This document shows positions 9,721 through 16,450 of a DNA stretch of 24,208 nt, one piece after another. The translations under genes were made by a program, and so were the position numbers. Every line of letters starts with the position of its first letter. Within the stretch, counting starts at the first letter, position 1. This DNA comes from a virus (Duplodnaviria; Caudoviricetes): positions 1 to 24,208 of the IMG/VR virus record IMGVR_UViG_3300028018_000008; one strand, 5' to 3'. Under the pieces are notes generated by a model. That model was not told where the DNA came from and ran no database searches. It was given only the letters and a program-made list of their open reading frames with translations.

Positions 9721-9766
9721 CCAGCAACCGACGTGCGGAGGAGGATCACCGCACGCCGGTCACTGG
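9721..9766 (-). other. Intergenic 18-bp RNA hairpin (attenuator or processing site candidate)
   Basis: Minus strand CCAGTGACCGGCGTGCGG-TGATCCTCCT-CCGCACGTCGGTTGCTGG; fully paired using three G-U pairs; no U-tract. Confidence 0.7.
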
Positions 9767-9785
9767 TCCGATTTCAATGCCGCCA

Positions 9786-10088
9786 TCAGGCTGCGGCGGT
9801 CAGGGCGATATATGTCAGGTCGTCGCCTGCGTTGTCGCAGATTCGGTACACCTCATTGAGGTTCCCGATCACTAACGACACCTCATCCCCTGCATCGAGT
9901 TCGATGCCGGTAGTCGCGTCAGTGGTTCCATCCGCGACGGTCACCCCAGCCCCACCGAGGTATACATTGCCAGCGTTCGACGCCAGCGCCTTGAACGTCA
10001 CCTGCAGGCAGTCGATGTCCGGCAACTGGAGGGCGCTAGCGGACCCCTGCAATTCGCCAGAAATGACCTTGCTGTTGATAACCGCCAT
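9786..10088 (-). CDS. Small virion-associated hypothetical protein
   Basis: 100 aa, beta-rich, KA...N.GNVYLGG..V......G.EL.AG pattern; in the head-accessory cluster. Confidence 0.7.
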   Translation of the reverse strand: MAVINSKVISGELQGSASALQLPDIDCLQVTFKALASNAGNVYLGGAGVTVADGTTDATTGIELDAGDEVSLVIGNLNEVYRICDNAGDDLTYIALTAAA

Positions 10089-10092
10089 CGGA

Positions 10093-10503
10093 CTATGTGA
10101 ACGCGATCACGTCAGAGACGCTGAGTAGACCCGTCGGTAACAGAATCACCAGATAGATATTCCGCGCCCCGGAATGCGTCATGGTGATCTGGCAACTGCC
10201 TGAATCGTTCGTTTGCCATCGCGCGGCTTTGCCCGTGACGATCTGGTAGTGCAGATTGCCGTCGCCACCGTCGGCCCAATCGCCGCTGAGCGCGGTGCCG
10301 GTCAGTCCCTCGCCGTCGGCGGCTTCGGATATGTACGCATCGAACACGATGGGCAGCGCGAGCGCAGCGGAGTAACCCAGCACCTCGCACTTGACCGTGA
10401 TGGCGTTGGCCGACTCAGTGCCGATGGTATAGGTCACGTCATTCCACGGCGGGATCGACGCGCCAGCCGCTTGAGCGGCGGTGATCTGTTGTATGACTGC
10501 CAT
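10093..10503 (-). CDS. Putative head decoration / accessory structural protein
   Basis: 136 aa, beta-rich, second gene after the capsid; function from position only. Confidence 0.6.
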   Translation of the reverse strand: MAVIQQITAAQAAGASIPPWNDVTYTIGTESANAITVKCEVLGYSAALALPIVFDAYISEAADGEGLTGTALSGDWADGGDGNLHYQIVTGKAARWQTNDSGSCQITMTHSGARNIYLVILLPTGLLSVSDVIAFT

Positions 10504-10506
10504 TAC

Positions 10507-10758
10507 CTAGTCCCTCTGCTTTCGTGGTCGGCCCCGACGCCGGGGTGCTGGTTCGAGTTTGGCCGCTGCCTCCAACAGGGCAGCGACGCCCAGAGCCTCG
10601 GCATCCGCGACGGTCAAGACCTTGCCAGCAGGTGCTAGCAGCCTCCCCGACTGGTCGCCGTCCTCCCCGACAAGCTCACCCTCGTCCGAGATGACGATCC
10701 TCTCGCCTATCTCGTACCGCTTCTGCCCGCCGGTGCCTTTGATCTCGACTCTAAGCAT
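10507..10758 (-). CDS. Small post-capsid protein with AT-hook-like C-terminus
   Basis: 83 aa; ends RRRGRPRKQRD; RBS GGAGG. Confidence 0.75.
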   Translation of the reverse strand: MLRVEIKGTGGQKRYEIGERIVISDEGELVGEDGDQSGRLLAPAGKVLTVADAEALGVAALLEAAAKLEPAPRRRGRPRKQRD

Positions 10759-10776
10759 CGCTGCCCTCCCCCGCGC

Positions 10777-12042
10777 CTAGACGCCTGTAACGGTTGCGAG
10801 CGCCGAAGCCCGGAACCAAACCATCGCGACGCGCATCGTGGCGCGGATCGTGACCTCGCCCTCGGTGAACTGGGTGCCAGTCCAACCCGTCTCGATGTCC
10901 ACCCCACGCCTCACGAACAGCCCCGAGTAACCCTGAAGATCACCGAGGGAGATCGTGTTTTCGGTGGCGGCGGTCGTCTCCACCACCGGCAGGCCGAAGA
11001 TGGTGATCGGTGCGCTAGCCGAAGGCGGTCCCCAGATGTAGTTGCCGTTCGTGTCCCGCAGGAGCCTGATTGCCTCCCAGTCACTCGGGTGCACGAACAC
11101 CACTGTCGGGTTCGCGAACCCAACCGCGCGGCACTTGCGAATCGACTTGTAGATAGCGTCCGGCGTCGGGTCGGAGCCCTTGGCCGTGGTGTTGATTCCC
11201 GAGACGCTGTTCAGTCCCTCTAGATTCGGGGCACTGCCGTTGCCGGTCAGAATCTGACTATCGAGCCTCGCGCGGATCATGTATGAGAGTCGCTGGTTGA
11301 TGTAGTCCCGTACGCCACCCACGTCGCTTAGCTGCTCGTCAGTCACCGGCAGGGCGACCGCGATTTTACGAACGGTGCTGGTCGTCTCTGTCAGCGCCAG
11401 CGCAGCCTCCCCGAAGGCAGCCCCTTCACTAGCCTCAGCCGCGTTGTTCGTGAAGGTGGACTCCAGCATGTACACCACCGCAGCCTGCTCGGTGGAGAAA
11501 AACGGCACGTGGTCCGCGACCGCAATCGGACGCTGTGCGCTCAGCACTGCGTCATCCAATCGCAGATTCTCAGGTGCCCAGCCCGCGCTCGTCGTCATCA
11601 AGGTTTTGAGCTGGTGGGCGTTGATGTCCATCGTTGAGGTGTGGGACGTGCCGCTCCGGTACGCCTTGTACGACTCGCTCTCCACGAAGAAATCGCCAAA
11701 GCCCTTGAGCCGCTGCGGCCCTTCTGGCTGCGCCGGGGTCCACGTCGGCTCAGTTGCGGCCTTGATGTACCGCTCGGCGTTCTTGTGCTCCTTGGCAGCC
11801 TTCTGCTGGTCGGCCACCCACAGGCCGAGGTCTTGAGTCTCGGCGTTCAGCGCCTGCAAGTGCGCCGCAACCTCGGAGTCCGTGACGGGCTTCCCGTTTA
11901 GGGACTTGAGCTTGCCGTAGTCATAGGTGCCACCCTCGACCGCGCAGCCACGGAAGATGTCGGCCACTTCCTTGTTCTTCGACTCCAGAAGCTCGGTACC
12001 CTCGCGCAGGGTCGCCGGTGCGGAGAACTTATCGGAAATCAT
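10777..12042 (-). CDS. Major capsid protein, HK97 family
   Basis: VRKIAVALPVTDEQLSD, QILTGNGSAPNLEGL, VHPSDW..IRLLRDTNGNYIW, IFGLPVV motifs; N-terminal delta-domain-like region. Confidence 0.97.
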   Translation of the reverse strand: MISDKFSAPATLREGTELLESKNKEVADIFRGCAVEGGTYDYGKLKSLNGKPVTDSEVAAHLQALNAETQDLGLWVADQQKAAKEHKNAERYIKAATEPTWTPAQPEGPQRLKGFGDFFVESESYKAYRSGTSHTSTMDINAHQLKTLMTTSAGWAPENLRLDDAVLSAQRPIAVADHVPFFSTEQAAVVYMLESTFTNNAAEASEGAAFGEAALALTETTSTVRKIAVALPVTDEQLSDVGGVRDYINQRLSYMIRARLDSQILTGNGSAPNLEGLNSVSGINTTAKGSDPTPDAIYKSIRKCRAVGFANPTVVFVHPSDWEAIRLLRDTNGNYIWGPPSASAPITIFGLPVVETTAATENTISLGDLQGYSGLFVRRGVDIETGWTGTQFTEGEVTIRATMRVAMVWFRASALATVTGV

Positions 12043-13214
12043 TCGGCAATCGCTCCTGCTGGCCCAAACCGGGCCAAATTAGCCATGAACGCCGCATGGT
12101 CAGCCAGCGGGTCCAGTGGCGCGTCCTTCTCCGGTGGCTCGGTGGCGCTGAGGAGGTCAGACAGATCGGCAATCACCGACTGCATGGACTCCACCAGCGA
12201 ACCTAGCCGCTTGCGGTTGGCCGTACTCAACGTCCGGCCCTCTTTGGTACGCAGGTCGGCAAGCTGACCCACGCGGTCCCGGAAGGCGTCAACGGCGGCA
12301 AGCACCAGATCGCCTTCATACCTCAGCGACAACCCGCCGGCGCTCTTGGCCCACGGGACTATGATTGATTCGTCGTCGAAGGTTTCTCGCATCTTCGCGT
12401 AGTACCGATCAACCACGTCCTTGATGTGGTCCTGATCGGTTTCGCTGATCTCTACCCCGCCCCGTGCGCCCTGCAAGACGCCAGCCACGGCGAAGATTCC
12501 GCGCGGCACCGCTTGCAATTTGCCATCGGTAATGTCGGCAAACGGGAGCTTGAAGCCGCCGAAGCTGCTGTCGTCGTCAGGATCAAACCAGAAGAACGCC
12601 TTTGCGTATTTGGGCCAGTCCATCCGCTCCTTGTCCCCTGATCCGTCAGAGGAGGCCCACTTGCGGACGCGGCCTAGCGCGGCGCTGCTGCTCCAGCGGT
12701 AGTCCCGGTCATACAACGCGAGGTTGCCGAAATCGGTGGCGGTCTTGGCCTTGACGGCGAGCGTGGCGGTGTTCTCGCCGGCTGCACGCATGACCGGGCT
12801 GACCTCGAACGGCTTGAGCTTCTTCAGGAAGCGGACCTTCTCCTCGTCCTGCTCGCCTTCCTCGGAATCCTCGACCGTGAACCCGTAGCTCCACTCGGAT
12901 CGGACCTCGTGGTCCTGCTCAAATTTCAGCGTTTCGTAGAGTTCGCGCCCGCCAGCGGATTCTAGGTTGAGCTTCCCCTCCGCGATGATCGCGTCGCCGT
13001 CCTCGTGGATCGTCGCGACGCCAACGGGCAGGTCGTTACGAACGGCGCTGGAGTGGTTGAAGCGGCTGACGCGGACGGTCCCGGCATCGGCAAACGCGCC
13101 CTTGAGGGTGACATCGCTGTCTTTATCAATGACACCGAGCGTCGCGATGCGGGCGAGGAAGAGGCCGGGCCCGTCGGCTTTTAGCTCAGTCTGGCCGGTC
13201 CACGTCTTCAGCAT
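12039..13214 (-). CDS. HK97-family prohead protease with extra internal domain
   Basis: ATG at 13214 (MLKTWTG); IDKDSDV...GAF, FNH, EWSYGF, FEVSPV motifs; C-terminal KEGRTLSTANRKRL. Confidence 0.93.
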   Translation of the reverse strand: MLKTWTGQTELKADGPGLFLARIATLGVIDKDSDVTLKGAFADAGTVRVSRFNHSSAVRNDLPVGVATIHEDGDAIIAEGKLNLESAGGRELYETLKFEQDHEVRSEWSYGFTVEDSEEGEQDEEKVRFLKKLKPFEVSPVMRAAGENTATLAVKAKTATDFGNLALYDRDYRWSSSAALGRVRKWASSDGSGDKERMDWPKYAKAFFWFDPDDDSSFGGFKLPFADITDGKLQAVPRGIFAVAGVLQGARGGVEISETDQDHIKDVVDRYYAKMRETFDDESIIVPWAKSAGGLSLRYEGDLVLAAVDAFRDRVGQLADLRTKEGRTLSTANRKRLGSLVESMQSVIADLSDLLSATEPPEKDAPLDPLADHAAFMANLARFGPAGAIAE

Positions 13215-13257
13215 ACGGCGGTGGCCCCTATGGTCTGGTGCCCCGCCTATCTGATCC

Positions 13258-13286
13258 AGAATAGGACGCTCGGACTGATTGCACAA
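13258..13286 (-). promoter_or_regulatory. Candidate sigma70-type promoter for protease/capsid genes
   Basis: TTGTGC-17 nt-TATTCT, 44 nt upstream of the protease ATG, overlapping the terminator U-tract. Confidence 0.5.
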
Positions 13287-13310
13287 GAAAACCCCCCGGT
13301 GATCGGAGGG
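13285..13310 (-). terminator. Intrinsic terminator
   Basis: CCCTCCG-ATCAC-CGGGGGG stem-loop followed by TTTTCTT. Confidence 0.75.
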
Positions 13311-13434
13311 CCTTCCGAATGTCTCGGCTAGAGGATCGTCATTCGGCAAGTTCTCCCGGCGGCCTCGACATGCCCAGCGCTTCGCTGGAGGAGGTCGCTA
13401 GAAGCCGTTGCAATGTCGGCTGGTGCCCGAAGGC
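13311..13434 (-). ncRNA. Candidate structured RNA of unrecognised family
   Basis: GCC-TTCG-GGC tetraloop hairpin; three-segment stem 13360-13407; CCGAATG/CATTCGG stem 13315-13346; directly before the terminator. Confidence 0.45.
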
Positions 13435-13437
13435 TAT

Positions 13438-13719
13438 TCACCTAGGCGTTAGCATATCATCTCCTGCCGGTGGGCCGTAGATGGCCTCGTCGTCGATCAC
13501 GACCTCGATGCCCCGCTTGTCTGCCCACCGCATCGCCTCGGGCGAGTCGTCCACGCCGATCCTGATTTCGCCTTCGCAGACCGGGCATGTCATCACACAG
13601 CCCAGTGCCAGCAGCTCCACCTCGCCGTCATCGCACAGCGGATTCGGGCACAGGATCGGAGGGTCGATGTAGTCGGGGTCCGCTGGGTGCAGGTAGTACC
13701 GCGCCGTGCCGTAGGTCAT
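13438..13719 (-). CDS. Small acidic zinc-ribbon-like protein
   Basis: ATG at 13719 after GGAGG, ATGA overlap; CPNPLC...CPVC; 93 aa. Confidence 0.75.
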   Translation of the reverse strand: MTYGTARYYLHPADPDYIDPPILCPNPLCDDGEVELLALGCVMTCPVCEGEIRIGVDDSPEAMRWADKRGIEVVIDDEAIYGPPAGDDMLTPR

Positions 13720-13898
13720 GATTCCTCCCCTGCGGTATACATCTGGTACGCCCTGATGATCCGCTCCCGCCGCGCCATCGTGATCTCGTTCCGGCAACTG
13801 TTCTGATTGACGGCTGGGAGCCAATCGCGGACCGCTGCCAGCAACTCGGCCAGTCGTTCGTCGAATACCCACAAGATTTCGCCCTCGTCATTCGTCAC
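13716..13898 (-). CDS. 60-aa hypothetical protein
   Basis: GTG after AAGGAG inside repeat copy 2; stop coupled to the next ATG. Confidence 0.75.
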   Translation of the reverse strand: MTNDEGEILWVFDERLAELLAAVRDWLPAVNQNSCRNEITMARRERIIRAYQMYTAGEES

Positions 13899-13921
13899 GT
13901 CGTCTCTCCTTTTCCAACTAC
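13898..13921 (-). repeat. 24-nt direct repeat, copy 2 (RBS-containing leader)
   Basis: GTAGTTGGAAAAGGAGAGACGACG; 22/24 identical to 14155-14178. Confidence 0.9.
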
Positions 13922-13938
13922 TTCAAAGGCGTTCCGGC

Positions 13939-14154
13939 TTAGAACAGTGCGACGAATTCACCATCCTCGTCGTATATCTCGATCAGGGAGCATCCGGTCC
14001 CTTTGGGGTCATGCTTGACCTTGTACGTCCACCCTTCCAAGTCGCCTGCTTCGAGTTCAGCCGCAACGGCTGCGACCTTGTCGGAAGGAAAGCCGTGGTA
14101 GGGGAAGCCATTCTTGTGGCCTATGAAGCTGGCATCCCCGTAGCCTAGGTCCAT
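13939..14154 (-). CDS. 71-aa acidic hypothetical protein
   Basis: ATG directly after repeat copy 1 (GGGGAG RBS); first gene behind the cassette promoter. Confidence 0.8.
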   Translation of the reverse strand: MDLGYGDASFIGHKNGFPYHGFPSDKVAAVAAELEAGDLEGWTYKVKHDPKGTGCSLIEIYDEDGEFVALF

Positions 14155-14178
14155 CGTCGTCTCCCCGTTTCCAACTAC
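14155..14178 (-). repeat. 24-nt direct repeat, copy 1 (RBS-containing leader)
   Basis: GTAGTTGGAAACGGGGAGACGACG. Confidence 0.9.
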
Positions 14179-14184
14179 ACACGT

Positions 14185-14213
14185 AGTATACGGGATACAT
14201 AACGGTGTGTAAA
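14185..14213 (-). promoter_or_regulatory. Near-consensus sigma70-type promoter
   Basis: TTTACA-17 nt-TATACT (5/6 and 5/6 to TTGACA/TATAAT) in an AT-richer gap after the MuF stop. Confidence 0.8.
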
Positions 14214-14220
14214 GCGCCCC

Positions 14221-15147
14221 TTACCTAATGGCGGCGGTGGCGAAGGTTTCGGGTACTGGCGGGAGCGTGGGAGCGCGTGGCTTGCTCGGGGCTTGGCGGA
14301 GCGGGAGGAACACGCGGCGGCAATTCGGATGCGCGAGTTGCCACTGGTTCGCCTCGGCCACGGTTATAACGCGGTTGTTGATGTCCTCGGGTGATGACTC
14401 GCCGGGCTTGAGTCCTGAGACGTGATGCGTGAGGGCGCAGCCGGGGCCGTCGGATACCTCGACCGTCCCCATGCCCATCTCGTTATACCTGTGAAGCGTC
14501 GCGCCGTTGTTGGAGTACGCGAGTTCGGTGCGGGCAATGCGCTCGGGCCTGCCCCGGTATAGATTCTCGACCATGCCCTTCAGCGGCCGGAAGCCCGCCT
14601 TCCGCGTCGCCGTCGATCCGTAGGCGATCTCATACGGGGAGTAGCCTGCCGCCTGCCCGCGCGTGATGGCGCGTTGAACACCTCTGCGCGTCGCGTTGTT
14701 GATCTTGACGACCCGCTGGGCGCTCCGGTCGGTCAGGTACAAGACCATCGGGTCCGTACCGGTGATACTCGCCGCCCCGACCAACTGCCCTGCCGCATTC
14801 AGCGCGGTGACGGTCATCTCCAGCACGTAGGGCCGTGACGCGGCTACCGCTAGCGTGTCCTCCCCAACTCCGAACATGGCGCTTGCAGGGTCTTTGTACT
14901 CCCCGCCGGCGGAACTGGAGAGGTAGCCACCGGCATCAATCCAGACCTTGACCACGCGCTTGGCCTGAGCGATGAAGAACTTACGGAACGCATTCCGCAT
15001 CCCGCGTCCGATGACCTGCTCGGCTCGGCGCGTCTGCGCCACGATCCGGCGACGTTGAGCGCGGCTAAGCTGTTTGGTCTGGTGTGTCGAGGACGGCAGC
15101 GACTTCGAGCGGATCGTCGAGCGCCCCGTTCTGGTGGTCGTCGTCAA
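14221..15147 (-). CDS. Minor head protein, MuF / SPP1 gp7 family
   Basis: INNATR, ERIARTELAYS.N and HPNCRR motifs; likely TTG start at 15147 six nt after GAGG (start uncertain). Confidence 0.88.
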   Translation of the reverse strand: MTTTTRTGRSTIRSKSLPSSTHQTKQLSRAQRRRIVAQTRRAEQVIGRGMRNAFRKFFIAQAKRVVKVWIDAGGYLSSSAGGEYKDPASAMFGVGEDTLAVAASRPYVLEMTVTALNAAGQLVGAASITGTDPMVLYLTDRSAQRVVKINNATRRGVQRAITRGQAAGYSPYEIAYGSTATRKAGFRPLKGMVENLYRGRPERIARTELAYSNNGATLHRYNEMGMGTVEVSDGPGCALTHHVSGLKPGESSPEDINNRVITVAEANQWQLAHPNCRRVFLPLRQAPSKPRAPTLPPVPETFATAAIR

Positions 15148-16450
15148 CGATGACCTCGTACTTCTCGGCGTCAGCATCAGCCGGGCCGGCGTCTCCACCT
15201 ATCTCGATCTTGTTGAGCGGCATCAGGTACACATCGTCACCGGGTTCGACCGGCAGCCCGAGCGCGGCCCGTGCCTCGCTGCGCTTGGCGATTGACCCCT
15301 CGACCAGTTCGCGCCAGCGCCGCGCCATGTCGGTCGCGTCGGCCTGCAGAACGCGGACGTTGCCATAATCGAAATAGACCTCAGCCGTCTCATCGTCGTC
15401 GAAGTCCGGCAACAACTGGCTGGTGAAATCGTCCGCGATGATGGACTGGATCGGGATCAGTCCAGACTCCCACGCCATCTCGCGAGCCTCGGCCATGTTC
15501 GCGAATGTCGAGCGGTCCAGCCCCGCGCCCAGACCGGCGACGATAGCCGGGACGCCCAGCACGCCGCTGATCCGCTCCTCGGGAATGCGGCGTAGCTCAC
15601 GCAGATTCATCTCCTGCGGGCTGAAGCTCACCGTGGTTACCTTGGTCGCGCCCCGCATAATCATGAGTCGGCCACGGTTGTCGCTGCCGAACTGGTCGCT
15701 CCAGCGGTCGCGAATCTGTTCAAGGTCGGCATCGGTGACAGCGCCCACGCCCTCGCCGGGAGCCAGCACCACGCCGGGGATCGCGCTGTTCCGTAGCAGC
15801 GCGGCAGTGTAATTTGACGCCTCGTCATCGGTGAACAGTTCGCGGAACACGCTCGCTAGCGGGCTGCGCCCGAGCTTGGTGTTGTCGGGGCTGATCCCGT
15901 ACCTGAAGTGGATCACGTCATCGACGGCGAGCTTGGTCGATTCGCCTGACCCGACGCTGTAATCGTAGTGGCTGATGAACGCATCGCCCTCGGCGGACTG
16001 GTAGCCCCGACCGGCCTCGCGGGAGGTCGTGGCTGGGGTCAGCGTGGTCGATGGTGCCCACCAGAGTTCCACGACGTTGCCGTTGGCGGAGCGAACCTTT
16101 ATTAGGAAGCTGTTGCCGGTGACGATGAAATCCGTACACAGCGCCATCCGAAGCAGCCGACCGCTGAAGAACGGGTTGGGCCTGTTGAGCAGAACGCGGA
16201 GCGGGTGGTCTGGTATCGCGACTACCTGCTGGGTTTCGGCATCGTACCGCCGCACGCTCAGATCAGCTTCGGGAAACGTCCGCGCCATCCAGTTGACACA
16301 CGCCCCGACGATGCTCGACCGCAGCAACGCGGAGGAGTCACCATAACTGGCCTCATAGTTGAAGCGCGTCTGCGGAAGGAGCGTCCCGCCGCCAAGCTGA
16401 TCGGCGTTGGTGAAGAATTTCTTAAGGCCGACGCGCTCCCAGAAGCCCAT
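15065..16450 (-). CDS. Portal protein, HK97-like
   Basis: LLNRPNPF, DVIHFRY...GRSPL, NSAIPGVVL, GVPAIVAG...STFAN motifs; ATG at 16450 overlaps the TerL stop. Confidence 0.95.
   Translation of the reverse strand: MGFWERVGLKKFFTNADQLGGGTLLPQTRFNYEASYGDSSALLRSSIVGACVNWMARTFPEADLSVRRYDAETQQVVAIPDHPLRVLLNRPNPFFSGRLLRMALCTDFIVTGNSFLIKVRSANGNVVELWWAPSTTLTPATTSREAGRGYQSAEGDAFISHYDYSVGSGESTKLAVDDVIHFRYGISPDNTKLGRSPLASVFRELFTDDEASNYTAALLRNSAIPGVVLAPGEGVGAVTDADLEQIRDRWSDQFGSDNRGRLMIMRGATKVTTVSFSPQEMNLRELRRIPEERISGVLGVPAIVAGLGAGLDRSTFANMAEAREMAWESGLIPIQSIIADDFTSQLLPDFDDDETAEVYFDYGNVRVLQADATDMARRWRELVEGSIAKRSEARAALGLPVEPGDDVYLMPLNKIEIGGDAGPADADAEKYEVIVDDDHQNGALDDPLEVAAVLDTPDQTA

Noticed and set aside
13215-13349. 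45-aa N-terminal extension of the protease in the ORF track
   Set aside because: Runs through the terminator and promoter; family similarity starts at ATG 13214
13311-13434. HDV-like or glmS ribozyme, or SAH/guanidine riboswitch identity
   Set aside because: Only fragmentary resemblance (GCAACGG...CCGCCGGG; nested pairing order); conserved cores and loop lengths do not fit
13898-14178. 24-nt repeats as a CRISPR or mini-array
   Set aside because: Only two copies, 257 bp apart, non-palindromic, enclosing a whole ORF; no cas genes
14176-14211. Invertible promoter
   Set aside because: Inverted repeats are only 7 bp with a 22-bp spacer and no invertase is present; an operator is more plausible
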